DNA from: Eledone cirrhosa
Taxonomy: Eukaryota
Length of the DNA: 64,000 bases
NCBI GenBank assembly: GCA_964016885.1
Contig: OZ024746.1
Coordinates: 28,148,001-28,212,000, forward strand
Direction of reading: 5' to 3'
Both the position numbers and the translations under genes were made by a program. The notes beneath the pieces were generated by a model. It ran no database searches. It saw nothing but the letters and a program-made list of their open reading frames with translations, and had not been told where the DNA came from. Shown here piece after piece: positions 13,125 through 26,824 of the stretch; position 1 is the first letter of the stretch; every line of letters starts with the position of its first letter.

Positions 13125-13445
13125 GGAGTGTTGGTGTCATAGTAGGGTAGTGTTGGTGTCAAAAGTGGCATAGTGTTGGTGCCGCAATGTAATACACCCA
13201 GTACACACTGTAAAGTGGTAGTGTTGATGTCATCATAAAATGCATCTAATACACTCTATAAAGTGATAGTGTTGGTGCCACGAAATTACACTCAATACTC
13301 TGTAAGGTGGTAGTGTTGGTGTCACAATAAAATACCCTTAGCCCACCCTATAAAGAACCTGTATTGGCACCAACATAAAAAAAAATACCCAGTTCACTCT
13401 GTAAGGTGGTAGTGCAGGTGCCACAATAACATGCTCCCAGTACAT
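13125..13445 (+). repeat. Degenerate tandem repeat, unit about 46-48 bp, derived from a SINE body segment
   Basis: Units TAGTGTTGGTGCCAC...ACCCAGTACACACTGTAAAGTGG match GGTGCCACG...AGCACCCAGCACTCACTGTAAATG in the CORE-SINE copies. Confidence 0.65.
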
Positions 13446-13449
13446 ACAC

Positions 13450-14155
13450 AGTCTGTATTCTCTGTCAAGCTCTAGAAATACACAATCTGTATTCTCTGAC
13501 AGACTCTAGAACTTCAGACAGTCTGTATTCTCTGTCAAGATCTAGAAATACAGTCTCTATTCTCTGTTAAGCTCTAGAAATACAGTCTCTATTCTCTGTT
13601 AAGCTCTAGAAATACAATCTCTATTCTCTGTTAAGCTCTAGAAATACAGTCTATTCTCTGTTAAGCTCTAGAAATACAGTCTCTATTCACTGTTAAGCTC
13701 TAGAAATATACAGTCTCTATTCTCTTTTAAGCTCTAGAAATACAGTCTGTATTCTCTGTTAAGCTCTAGAAATACAGTCTCTATTCTCTGTTAAGTTCTA
13801 GAAATACAGTCTCTATTCTCTGTTAAGCTCTAGAAATACAGTCTCTATTCACTGTTAAGCTCTAGAAATACAGTCTCTATTCTCTGTTAAGCTCTAAAAA
13901 AAATACAAAGTCTCTATTCTCTGTTAAGATCAAAATATATAGTCTCTATTCTCTGTTAAGATCAAGACATATAGTCTCTATTCTCTGTTAAGATCAAAAT
14001 ATATAGTCTCTGTTCTCTGTTAAGATCAAGACATAGTCTCTATTCTCTGTTAAGATCAAAATATATAGTCTCTGTTCTCTGTTAAGATCAAGACATATAG
14101 TCTCTATTCTCTGTTAAGATCAAAATATATAGTCTCTGTTCTCTGTTAAGATCTT
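13450..14155. repeat. 31-33-bp minisatellite (CAGTCTCTATTCTCTGTTAAGCTCTAGAAATA, switching to ...GTTAAGATCAA[AATAT/GACAT]ATAG)
   Basis: About 22 tandem units, with a change of unit type near 13910. Confidence 0.95.
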
Positions 14156-14804
14156 GCAATACAAAGTCTGTTTTGTGAATCAGACTCTAGAAATGTAGAC
14201 AGCAACAATTTTTATGCAATGACATTAATATATTATTGGTAGTTCCAAGGCAGTTTCTGCAATAATTCATAATTTCATTATTAACATCATTAATAGTATT
14301 ACGCCTAATGACATTATCCTGATTATTTCAATAACCATCATCATCTCCATCATCATCATTGACATCGTTAACATTTGTATTATTAAATGTTGCATCATCA
14401 TGAAAATTTCATAAACATACAAATATATGAATTTATAAAAGCAGTTCCTACCACCATTACACCATCACCACCACTACCAACAGCTTCACCACTACCAACA
14501 GCACCATCAACAACACTATCACCACAACACCATCAACATCATCTCCACTATGATCAACACCCTCACTACCACTACAACACATCACCACCACAACTACAAC
14601 AAACCATCACCAACACTAAAATAACAACAACACCACCGCCACCACCACTACCATCAAGAACAACACCATCACCACCACTGCAACACCAACACCACCAGTA
14701 CAACAACAACAACAACACGAACTTAACTAATAGCCCCGAGAGTTAAATTTTAAAAAATTCAATAAAATTACATAAGCAATGTTTAGATGTGTGTGTGGGG
14801 GGGG

Positions 14805-14998
14805 GGGGCGTATCTCAGTACATGTGTGTGTGTGTGTGCGTCTGAGAGCGTATCTCAGTACATCTGTGTGTGTGTGTGTGTGTGTGTCAGAGTGTATCTC
14901 AGTGCATGTGTGTGTGTGTGTATGTGTGTGTGTGTGTGTGTGTCTGAGAGTGTATCTCAGTACATGTGTGTGTGTGTCTGAGAGCGTATCTCAGTACA

Positions 14999-15074
<76 letters not shown>

Positions 15075-15090
15075 TGAGAGCGTATCTCAG

Positions 15091-15127
<37 letters not shown>
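14805..15127. repeat. Compound repeat: CTGAGAGCGTATCTCAGTACAT units separated by (GT)n
   Basis: Five or six copies of the unit with variable GT tracts between them. Confidence 0.9.
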
Positions 15128-15129
<2 letters not shown>

Positions 15130-15332
15130 CATTTTTAGAATATTTAATGGCATTATTATAATCATCATATATTAAAAGAATTAATGTAGAACATTTCAAA
15201 GTCAGGAAGAGGAGGAGGGAGAGGAGGGGGAGAATGTGGAAGAAGAAGAAGGATGTGGAGAAAGAAGTAATGACAGCAGTAAAAAAGGAAAGAGTAAAGC
15301 TAACCTTTTGCAATGTCAATGACAAATATGTC

Positions 15333-15365
<33 letters not shown>

Positions 15366-15593
15366 GTTTCTGATTTAGGCACAAGGCCAATGGAGGAGGG
15401 GAAAATCAATTAAATCGACCCCAGTACTTTACTGGTGCTTCATTTTATCGACCCCATATATATATGCATATATATGTATGCATATATATGTATATATATG
15501 CATATATATGTATATATATGTATGCATATATATGTATATATATATATATATATATGCATATATATATATATATATATATATGCATATATATAT

Positions 15594-15690
15594 TCCTACT
15601 CGTTCCTATTACCCACTCTACTACCCTAAGTATTGAGTACTTTGGAGCGTTATGGTCCACCTGGTTCCTTACCACATTTCCTCCATTATA
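15594..15690 (+). mobile_element. 3' fragment of (TA)n-embedded element family E
   Basis: TATTACCCACTCTACTACCCTAAGTATTGAGTACTTTGG.GCGTTATGGTCCACCTGGTTCCTTACCACATTTCC is shared with 51987-52068, 52590-52680 (minus) and 63781-63873. All copies end in (TA)n. Confidence 0.8.
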
Positions 15691-16000
15691 TGCATATATA
15701 TGTATATATATATATAGATGCATCTATATATATATATATATATATAGATGCATATATATATATATAGATGCATCTATATATATATATATATATATAGATG
15801 CATATATATATATATATATATATATAGATGCATATATATATAGATGCATCTATATATATATATATATATATAGATGCATATATATATATATATATATATA
15901 TAGATGCATATATATATATATATATATATGCATATATATATATATATATATATAGATGCATATATATATATATAGATGCATATATATATATATATATAGA

Positions 16001-16040
<40 letters not shown>

Positions 16041-16168
16041 TATATATATATATGAATATATATATAGATGCATATATATATATATATATAGATGCATATA
16101 TATATATATATATATGGATATATATATAGATGCATATATATATATATATATATGGATATATATATAGA

Positions 16169-16220
<52 letters not shown>

Positions 16221-16379
16221 AAGAATGAAGAGTAACATGGCTGGCTGTACAGTATGGGCTTTATTATTTCAAGTACTGACAATTGTTTCATTGATCAGGT
16301 GAGTCTAGAGGTCGTTAATCGCTTGAAGTTGCATCACTCGATCTCCAATACATTATTTACCTCTGGTCAACACATAGAT

Positions 16380-16635
16380 ATCATCATCATCATTGTTTAA
16401 CGTCCATGTTCCACGCTTGCATGTGTTTGGATGGGAGTTTTCCCACTTGAGGCAAGAGTGGTTGTCATTGCTCCCATAGGACTGTCTGGCGGGTTTTCTA
16501 CAGCTGGATGCCCTTCCTAACACCAACCACGTTTACAGTGTGGGGCTGGGAGGATTTTACCGTGTTACCTACATGGCCACATTACAGCGTGGACTGTGTG
16601 TTTTTTTGTCGTGACACCTACACGATCTCATTTGT
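16380..16635 (-). mobile_element. SINE fragment with RTE-type tail (second copy at 19352-19605)
   Basis: Minus strand GGTTGGTGTTAGGAAGGGCATCCAGC...GGACGTTAAAC(GAT)n. The two copies are clearly homologous. Confidence 0.8.
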
Positions 16636-17104
16636 TTCGGCCTGGATCTTGTGGCACCAACCTAACTTTACATTGAAAGGGGCGTTGTGAATGGTGTGTG
16701 TGTGGGGGGGGGGGGGGTGTTACGGGGGTGTATTTTGTTAGAGGTGCCTATATATATATATATATACATATATATTGGGGAATTTCATTGTTATCTTTTT
16801 TACTTGATTCTATGTAAACGCTCACTGCCCCTGCTTTTGTATTGTCCTTCAAGTTTCAGCATTTGTAGCCAATAAAGAAATTATTATGATTACTACTACT
16901 AATGCTACTATAAGTAGTATTAATAAATGGACTCCACTGATCCTAAACCGCCCTACTTTGCAAGAGCACCCTAGTTGGTCACCCCTCTACTCTCTAAACT
17001 ATCAATCCTACAGGTGCATGGTCAGAATAGGCCGATTCACTCAAGCCACTCTGCTATGTCAACTGACCTTTTAATAAATATACTTGAGGATGGGGGGGGG
17101 GGGA

Positions 17105-17520
17105 GCTTTCCTTTCTACCTTCAACTTTCTTTCTGAGTGGAACTTGAAAAAGCTGAAGAGGAAAGTGACAGTCTTCAGCCATGCCCACCATACAACCTTT
17201 TCCCCTACAGCCCACCACGCAGATGAAAACTGTCTGCCTTTCTCAGCAAAAAGAAGGCAGCAGGGTGATCTTCATGATGGACTTGGTTGATAGACGAATC
17301 CGTCATACATGTGATAATAGCTGTTCAACAAAACTCCGTGAGTAATGCACGGACACTAGAGGAGTGCAAGCAGAATAGTTTTGCAACTCTGCATATCGGA
17401 CAGGTCCAACTGGGAATACTCCCTTGCCTGTAGAGTTTGTCTGAAACTAGCAGTGCCCCCATTAGCACAGCCAAGCCAGAGAATTTGTCCATTGTACCTG
17501 GCTTGAGAAAGTTCTCCGAA
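17105..17520 (-). mobile_element. Degenerate Tx1/L1-clade LINE ORF2 C-terminus (zf-RVT-like region)
   Basis: LAVLMGALLVSDKLYRQG...TCPICR...LHSSSV, then, with frameshifts, VEQLLSHV...VVWWAWLKT...FFKFHSERKLKVER. A homologous piece lies at 49820-50040. Confidence 0.6.
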
Positions 17521-17629
17521 ACAGGCAAGTCAGTTGGATTTCAATGACACTCAGAGCCTGTCCAAGAAACTCACCACACTTGCCTACTACTAGTCCTCTA
17601 GGGTAGAATTTCCACTGACTGCCTAGTAA

Positions 17630-17912
17630 TAATAATAATAATAGTTTCTGATTTAGGCACAAGGCCAACAATTTTGGGGGAGGGGAAAATCGGTTAAATC
17701 AACCCAGTTCGTTACTAGTACTTTATTTTATCGACCCCTTAAGGATGAAAAGCAAAGCTAACCTTCGCAGGATTAATAATGCTTTCTGATTTAGGCACAT
17801 GTCCAACAATTTTTTTTTTTGGGGGGGGGGGGGAGAAAGTCGATTAATTCAACCTCAGTTTGTTGCTGGTACTTTATTTTATTGACCCCGTAAGAGTGAA
17901 AGGCAAAGCTAA
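17630..17912 (-). mobile_element. Two 3' fragments of the Meta-type SINE
   Basis: TTTCTGATTTAGGCACAAGGCC...TACTTTATTTTATCGACCCC..AAGGATGAAA.GCAAAG occurs twice. Confidence 0.8.
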
Positions 17913-18612
17913 GTAACTGGATACTAACAGGATTTTAATTACCAGTGGACAAAGTGCTTCAACTATGTTGGAATAAGAATGAGAAAGATTGACAGAGAGA
18001 GAGAGAGAGAATGGGAAAGAAAGAGAGTGAGAGAGAGAGGGATTAGGAGAGAAGGAGAGATTGGGGAGAGAGTAAGCGATGGGGAGAGAAAGAGAGAGAT
18101 ACCATATATTTATAGAAATATATGGCTGCCTTTCAAAATCTCCTTACATAGAGTTGGTGGTTCTCTGGAATTCTAAGAATGTCCATCCACACATACATAT
18201 ACACATACATACACACATACATATACATACACACATACTATACCTGTGGGGAATCTTGTATTTTGTTTGATCTGGTAGGAATTTTCATTGCAGTGTTGGA
18301 ATTGGCAAGATACCATTTATTGAATGGACTGTTGAGAATGGTTATTGGATAAGTGGAGAGTGGAAGGAGAGAAGGAGAGTGAATGCAGAAGGGAGGGAGA
18401 GGAAGAGGTGAGTGGGGGAGAAGGAGAGAGTGGGAAAGAGAGAAGTAGATAAATAGACAGACAAACAGATAGAAAGATAAAAACAAAAGACATCAGGAAT
18501 GCAGGACAAAGAAAAAAGTTAATAAAATAAAGAAAAAGAGAAACAAAGAAAGAAGTCAAAAAGGAAAGAGAGAAAGAAATATTGGAAAAAAAGACAGAGA
18601 GAGTAAATAAAG

Positions 18613-18718
18613 AATAATTGTTTCTACTTTAGGCACAAGGCCAGCAATTACCCAGTGCATTACTGGTACTTTATTTTATCGACCCCGTAAGGATGAAAGG
18701 CAAAGTCAACCTCGGCGG
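18613..18718 (-). mobile_element. Meta-type SINE, 5'-truncated
   Basis: Reverse complement of the 3' half of the 9836-10020 copy. Confidence 0.88.
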
Positions 18719-18786
18719 AAGAATAATGTTAAGTTTTCAGTGATGTTAATTGTGGAAGATTCTAGAACTGACAGGTATTACCATGG

Positions 18787-18844
<58 letters not shown>

Positions 18845-19610
18845 GGAATAGAATGAAACAAAATTTCATTTCTCACTCTTAGTACGGCACTTACTTAAAT
18901 GTAAGTATGTATGTATGTATACGTACATACATATATGTATAATAAATGTTCGGTAAACCGATAAGTGCATATATATATGTGTGCATGTATGTATATATAT
19001 ACGTATTTATATATATATATATACAGTATATATATATATATATATATATACAGTATATATATATATATATATAAAGAGAGAGAGAGAGAGATAGAGAGAG
19101 AAAGAGGAGAGAGTGGGAGAGAAAGATTCTGGAAAACATTTTACATTTATATACGTATATTGGACTTTTAAATTTGAATACATATCAATCCACACACACA
19201 CCAACACATATCTACACACACACACACATGCACTCACACAAATATATACTTATATATAGCATCATCGTCGTCATTGTTTAATGTCCATTTTTCCATGCTA
19301 TACATATAAATATATATATACACACGCACACACACATATATATATACATATATCATCATCATCATCGTTTAACGTCCATCTTCCACGCTAGCATGGGTTT
19401 GGACGGGAATTTTCTCACTAGAGGCAAGATTGGTTGTCTTGCTCGCATAGGACTGTCTGGCGGGTTTTTTACGGCTGGATGCCCTTCCTAACACCAACCA
19501 CGTTTACAGTGTGGACTGGGAGGTTTTTACCATGTTACCTACACAGCCACATTACAGCGTGGACTGTGTATTTTTTTTGTCGTGACACCTACACGACCTC
19601 ATTTATTTAG

Positions 19611-19642
<32 letters not shown>

Positions 19643-19919
19643 CACACATACACACGTGCCCTGTGCCCAGCCTCTATCTCCACTCCCATTGTAATTGTTA
19701 CTATGTAAGGATGATAAATAGTGAAATGAAACAAGAAATAAGACTGGTGTGGATGTAGTGGTGGTGTTTGGCAATGCTAGTGATAGCAATGATAGTTCAA
19801 ATCCCACCAATATTAACTTTGCCTTTCATCCTTACGGGGTCTATTTAATCGGTGTCCCCCCCCCCCCCCAAATTGCTGGCCTTGTGCCTATAGTAGAAAT
19901 CACTATTATCATTATCATA

Positions 19920-21286
19920 GAAGAGATGGTAAAAGCATTAAGAGAGGTCGGAGTCAAACTAGTAACCAGCGTAGTCAATTAGGTAATAGAGGAATGAGTC
20001 ATACCCAATGACAGGCACAGCACTACAATCATAAATTGGAACAAGGGCAAAGGTGATGTTCTAGAAAGGAGCAAGTATAGAGAAATAAACTAATGGACTA
20101 AGTTATGAAAATGATGGAAAGAGCTTTAACGTAGCTAATTAGGGAGTCAGATTAGATGAGATGCAATTTCGTTTCAGGCCTGGAAAAAGTTCTACAGATA
20201 ATCTCTTTTTAGTGAGGCAACTACAAGAGAAGTTCCTAGCCAAGAATAGCCTGCTATATTTAGCTTTGGTTGATCTAGAAAAGGTCTTTGACAGAGTACC
20301 TCGATCTGGTGGTCGTTAAGGAAATTAGGAATAGAAGAATGGCTTGTGGGAGTAGTGTAAGTCATGTACAGAGGAGTTGTCAGCAAGGTGAGAGTAGGAA
20401 ATGAGTTTAGTGAGGAATTCAAGGTACAGGTAGGAGTTCATCAGGGTTCATTTCTTAATCCACTACAATTCATCATAGTTCTCCAGGCCATAACAGGGAA
20501 GTTTAAGACTAGTTGTCCATGGGAACTTCTCTATGCAGATGATCTGGTCCTTATAGTTGAATCCATAAAAGAACTATAGAATAAGTTCCGATTACAGAAA
20601 CAGAATTTGGAATCAAAAGGTCAGAGAGTAAACTTAGCCAAAACTAAAGTGCTAGTAAATAGAAAAGAAGATAGGATCCTAATTCCCCCAGAGAAATAGT
20701 ACTTCTTAATATGTAGAAAAGGAGTAGGCATAAACTGTATATGATGTACACAATATAAATCTTGGATACACAAGAGATGTAGTAAGATATCAGGTAGAGT
20801 GATGGAAAGGGGAAACTTTGTATGTAGAAGATGCACAGGAGTAATCAAACGTAGGGTCTATAGAAGGGGTTGATAGCTTCTGCTATCTAGGTGACTTAAT
20901 TAGCAGCAGAGGAGGTTATCTGAGCATAATAGCTAGAATAAGTATAGGATGAAAGAAGTTTAGAGAACTAATCCCACTGTTGGCAATAAAAGGTTTCTCC
21001 CTACATACAAAAGCATGACTACATTATGCCTGGGTGCAAAGTGCGATGCAGCATTGTAGTGAAATATGATAAGTGACTGCAGAGGACAAGCGCAGGCTGG
21101 CTAGAAATGAAGCAACCATGCTTTGTGTTGAAGACCTGGCTAGGTGATGAGAGCTGATCTGAAATCACTGAGACTCACAGAGGAGATGACAAAGGAATGC
21201 AGCGAGTGGAGAGATACTGTGCTGAAAAAGGACCCATCTAACCCATGCAGGCATACAAAAATGGACGTTAAAATGATGATGATGAA
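19920..21286 (+). mobile_element. Degenerate RTE-clade LINE (RT domain to 3' tail)
   Basis: KGKGDVLER...QFRFRPGKSSTD.LFLVRQLQEKFLAK...VDLEKVFDRVPR...GVHQGS...ELLYADDL...VNLAKTKVL, with many stops and frameshifts. Ends AAAATGGACGTTAAAATGATGATGATG. Confidence 0.93.
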
Positions 21287-21709
21287 ACTAAAAATAGCAT
21301 GAATGTATGAATGTGTATGATGGTGTCAAGAGGGGCAAGTGGGTGTAAAAGACTCTTTCAAAAAACAGGCATATGGATGATGATGATGAGGATGATGATG
21401 CTGACTAAGATGATGATAAAGATTAATATTATAATGATGATGGCAATGATTATGGTTATGATTAATATTAGTACAATGATGATAATGGTGATGACGATGA
21501 TGATTCAATAAAGAAATACAGTTGAAGTATCTTAAGCAAAAATTCCATGGTTATTTATTATTTACAAGCAAGTGGTGTTTCTTGTTTTTCTCTGTAATAT
21601 GGTAAGCAGTTATATATAAATAAAACTTGCAGCGTTGTAGAAGAGAGAATTTTATGTAATAATATAAATATTTGGCATTCAGCAATAAAATCTTGCTTTA
21701 AGCAGAAAC

Positions 21710-21863
<154 letters not shown>

Positions 21864-22692
21864 TCATATATTCCAACAATTGCTAGCAAAGTGGGATGGG
21901 GAGGCAAACATAGATATAAATACAAACTGTGTAAAACAAAAAAAGTGTAATGTAAAATGTTATAGAAAAAAAAAATTTATACAAAATATTTTACGATGAA
22001 ATATTGCGAAATATAATGGAAAGAATATTGAATAGTCTGCTTGTTTCTTATTTTAATGTTATATTATTTTAATTTGCAGTGATTTATTATCAGTTTTTCC
22101 TGACAGAATTGCCTGGATAGTTCAACAAATTTTGATCTTATTGGATGGAAATATTACAGATATGAATGAAGAGGTAAAATATAAACATTTTGAAGGGAGA
22201 TATTTTCTGTTGAATCTAACTAAATATTCAGCAAACAAGAAAGTCCTCTATATGGTTGCTTGATGTACCAGTAGTAGCAGCCAATTCTGTTGAATTCTAC
22301 AAACTACTCAATATAAAGCCAAAGACGTGAGAGATCCCTCTATATGGTTGCTTAACTTGCCAGATATGACAGCCAAATTGTTTTCATGTTACTCACACTT
22401 TTTTGTCTTAATCCTTCCATTTCCATATTTATATTGAAAGCTACTGCCTATAATTTTCAAATCATTTATCAACCCCAGAAGGATGAAAGACAAACAGATG
22501 ACATTGGCCAGATTTAAACTTAGAGAACAGAAAATAGCAATGAAACACTACATGACATTCTGTCTGATACTTTACTGACTCAGACAATATCTAGTCTAAA
22601 TATACATTTTTTACCATTCAAGACATTCCAATTCTACAATAGCACATCTGCATATATGTGCGTTACTGTGCATGTATATATATATATGTATG

Positions 22693-22912
22693 TACGAGGG
22701 GTGCTGAAAAGTTCCTGGCTTTAAGGGTCTCACAAGGCCTAGTTAGAGGCCCAACCTTCCAAGTTCTTTTTACAGGACTTAGAAAAACTGAAGGACTGCT
22801 GCAATAAGTGTGTGAATCTGAGAGGGGAATATGTTGAATAAAATCATAATTAACTGAACCTCCTGTTTTTTTCTTTTACCCAAAGCCAGGAACTTTCAAG
22901 CATACCCTCATA
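22693..22912 (+). mobile_element. Mariner-derived MITE (internal deletion derivative)
   Basis: TA-flanked TIRs CGAGGGGTGCTGAAAAGTTCCTGGCTTT and AAAGCCAGGAACTTTCAAGCATACCCTCA. The interior encodes FFLQDLEKLKDCCNKCVNLRGEYVE*, a typical mariner transposase C-terminus. Confidence 0.9.
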
Positions 22913-24084
22913 TGTGTGTGAGTATATGTATGTGTATGTATCAGTGTACATATGTATGTGTGTGCATCCGTCAGTTTATAGTAGCAGTAGTAGTAGTAGT
23001 AGTAGTGCTGGTGGTGCACACGTGTACACAGACACATACACACCAACACACACACACATGTACAGATAGATATGCACATACATACATGTACACATAAATA
23101 CACACTAGCATATGAATACACAGTTTCATGGCCAAGCAAGTGAGTGTATGCGTGTGTATGTATGTCTAAATGTGTTTATATGTTTGTGTACATGTATACG
23201 TGTGTGAATGTGTATGTGTGTGTGTCTATGGACGCAGTATTTATGTTTTAATGCAGACATCTAAGTCAGCCATGTTTTTGTTGCTATAGTAATCACATTG
23301 TGATGAATATGGCATGGTTATTGTGATGTATTAGATGTGACACAAATATATGCGTATCCTTAGATATACATAGCCATATGGAGAGGTCATGTATTAATCA
23401 TATTAGAAGCTTTTAAATAAGTCATGATGTGAGAGGGGTAGGAAGACAAAGTCTTTGAGTCTTATACTGAGAGAATGTTTGACAGAACATTTGATAACAG
23501 TTTATTACTTGGTAAATATCATTGAGAAATTGACGAGGTAACCTCTGTAAACTTTGTTAAACAGCCATCCTCAATATCACAAACAAATTAGTAATTCAAC
23601 AAGAGAAAATCAAGGCAATAAGTACTCTATTTAGCATCCTGTAAGGATTTAGCAGAAAATATCTAAAAACGTGTTGCTTCATTTAAATGTTTGTCGTATT
23701 TTTACTAGCGGACAGATTGTTGTGAAAATTTGCAGTATTAGAGTAAAGACTTAATTTTTTTTAATATCATGCAGTCATAGTACTGTTTTGTAGTTTTTAA
23801 GAATATTGTGTTAATGTGGATTCATTTAGTACAGGACATTAAGAGTTAAACGTGAGTAGGGGAGGATGTTCAGTGCTATTGAACAAGAGAATACTGCTTC
23901 AAAAATGTCTGATATAAACACTGTCAGCACGAAAAAGTGGACGTAAAATAATGAGTATATTAAAGACATTTTCCATGGCATCTTAATTGGTATCCAGTTT
24001 AGAATAGGTATACTGTACCTGCATGTAATGATTGGCGAGTTAAAGGGGCGGCACTAAAAAGAGTATTTGGTCATAAAATGTTGC

Positions 24085-25175
24085 TGTCTGTGTCTGTGAC
24101 AGTGTGTGTGTGTTTATGTGACTATGTGTGTGTTTCTGTATGTGTGACTGTGATGGTGTGTGTGTGTTTATGTGACTATGTGTATGCCTGTATGTGTGAC
24201 TGTGGTGGTGTGTGTGTGTGTGTTTATGTGACTATATGTGTGTTTCTGTGACTGTGTATGCCTGTATGTGTGACTGTGACTATATGTGTGTGTTTATGTG
24301 ACTATATGTGTGTGTTTCTGTGACTATGTGTGACTGTGATGGTGTGTGTTTATGTGACTATATGTGTGTGTTTATGTGACTATATGTGTGTTTCTGTGAC
24401 TATGTGTATGCCTGTATGTGTGACTGTGATGGTGTGTGTGTTTATGTGACTATATGTGTGTTTCTGTGACTACGTGTATGCCTGTATGTGTGACTGTGAC
24501 AGTGTGTGTGTGTGTTTGTGTGACTATGTGTGTGTTTCTGTGACTATGTGTATGCCTGTATGTGTGTCTGTGACGGTGTGTGTATGTTTATGTGATTATA
24601 TGTGTGTGTTTCTGTGACTATGTGTATGCCTGTATGTGTGACTGATGGTGTGTGTTTATGTGACTATATGTGTGTGTTTATGTGACTATATGTGTGTGTG
24701 TTTCTGTGACTGTGTGACTGTGGTGGTGTGTGTGTGTTTATGTGACTATATGTGTGTTTCTGTGACTATGTGTATGCCTGTATATGTGACTGTGATGGTG
24801 TGTGTTTATGTGACTATATGTGTGTGTTTATGTGACTATATGTGTGTGTTTCTGTGACTGTGTGACTGTGGTGGTGTGTGTGTGTTTATGTGACTATATG
24901 TGTGTTTCTGTGACTATGTGTATGCCTGTATATGTGATTGTGACAGTGTGTGTGTGTTTATGTGACTATATGTGTGTTTCTGTGACTATGTGTATGCCTG
25001 TATGTGTGACTGTGATGGTGTGTGTGTTTATGTGACTATATGTGTGTGTTTCTGTATGTGTGACTGTGATGGTGTGTGTGTTTATGTGACTATATGCGTG
25101 TTTCTGTGACTATGTGTATGCCTGTATATGTGACTGTGATGGTGTGTGTGTGTGTTTGTTTCTGTATGTGTGTGT
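24085..25175. repeat. Complex GT-rich minisatellite (TTTATGTGACTATATGTG, TTTCTGTGACTATGTGTATGCCTG and GACTGTGATGG modules)
   Basis: The modules recur in shuffled order. Confidence 0.92.
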
Positions 25176-25447
25176 CATCATCATCATCGTTTAACTTAAC
25201 GGCTATTTTCCAAGCCAGCATGGTGTCTGTATGTACAGGTGAGACTATGTGTGTGTCAGTGTTAGTATGTGCCCCCCGCCCCATTCCCTTGTGACAGGCT
25301 GTATCCCATCAACTCATTACCATCTGAAAGTCGTTAAAGATTAATACATTGTTAGAAACACCATAATGAAGGTTCTATACATAATTATAATTCTACAATT
25401 ACTATGACAAGCTACAGGTTTGCTTATATTATTTTATCTTACCCTGG

Positions 25448-25635
25448 CAGTGGATTGGCAGTATCGGTAGAGGGTCGGACGCCATGCTTTCCAGCATAGT
25501 TATGTCCCTTTACGGTCTGAGTTCAAATCCCGCTGAGGTTAACTTTGCCTTTCATCCTTACAGGGTTGATAAAATAAAGTACCAGTAATACACTGGTAAT
25601 TTGCTGGCCTTGTGCCAAAAGTAGAAACAATTATT
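25448..25635 (+). mobile_element. Full-length Meta-type SINE with probable TSD
   Basis: Same family as 9459-10020. TTATTTTATCTTACCCT occurs both before (about 25430) and after (about 25631) the element. Confidence 0.92.
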
Positions 25636-25689
25636 TTATCTTACCCTCTCCCAGCCCCTCACACAGGCCATCTTATTACTCTATCATGT

Positions 25690-26035
25690 CACCAATAACA
25701 CCACCACAACCGCAACCACTGCCATCAACACCATCACCGCCAACACCACCACCACCACCCCACCAAAACCATCACCGCCACTGCCATCACCACCAACACC
25801 ACCACTACCAATAACACCACCACAACCACCACCACTGCCATCAATACCATCACTGCCAACACCACCACCACCAACACCATCACTGCCAACACCACCAACA
25901 CCGTCACCAACACCATTATCATCATCACAACATCACTATCACAACCAACAACACACACCACCATTACCGCCATCCTTACCCCCCACACAAAACAACCACC
26001 ATCACTACCATCATCATCACTACGACCACCACCAC
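25690..26035. repeat. (CAC/CAT/CAA) trinucleotide low-complexity tract
   Basis: Seen directly. Confidence 0.85.
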
Positions 26036-26518
26036 ATAGACATCTCCTCCCCTACCCCCGAAACTACAACAAAATTGTAAAATAAAGTGTCAAATGTCAC
26101 ATGATATTTTCTCTCTCTCTGACAATATTTATAGTAGAGGAAACTTTACCCACATCTGTTTCAGATAAATTTCTCTGTTGTGTTAAATACCATCTGACAT
26201 CTGTTATTATGTAACAGCAGATCTTTCACTTAGAAATCAAGGTCAATATGACTGGGTGGAGGTGGGATGTTTTTGGAAATACAACAGAACTCAGTCTTGT
26301 TCCACCATCCTGTGTTCCACCCCATACTTCTGGTATTGTTACAGATTTTAGGTCAGTGTTGAAAACATTAAACATTGACCTAATTTGGGTTATTTTTGTT
26401 TATAAAAAAGAGTAGATGGTTGGAAAGAAGAGAAATGTGAATGGTTCAGAGAGAGAGAGACAGAGAGAGAGAGAAGACAAAACAATGAATTACCGAGCGT
26501 GGTGGTAATGGATCCAAT

Positions 26519-26810
26519 GATGAATGTTGTGAAGAAAAATAGAATGAGATGGTTGGGTCATGTGTTGAGGAAGGATGAAAGTGACTGGATGAGATGAATA
26601 GAACCAGTGATGAATGATGTGAAGAGAAATGAAATGAGAGAGTAGAGTCATGTGTTGAGGAAGGATGAGAGTAAACGAGTGAGAGAAATAGGACCAGTAA
26701 TGGGTGTTGTGAAGAGAAATGGAATAAGATGGTTAGGTCATGTGTTGAGGATGGATGAAAGTGACTGGGTGAGAACAATGATGGAATGAATGTAGAAGGA
26801 AGTAGAAGGA
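26519..26810 (+). repeat. Three tandem 90-bp units derived from an RTE LINE C-terminal segment
   Basis: Units start at about 26519, 26609 and 26699. Unit 1 translates VVKKNRMRWLGHVLRKDESDWMR. Confidence 0.75.
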
Positions 26811-26824
26811 GAAGAACAGTTGGC

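Noticed and set aside
14805-15127. Palindromic CTGAGA-GCGTA-TCTCAG repeats with spacers, superficially CRISPR-like
   Set aside because: The spacers are only (GT)n of variable length, there are no cas genes, and the context is eukaryotic.
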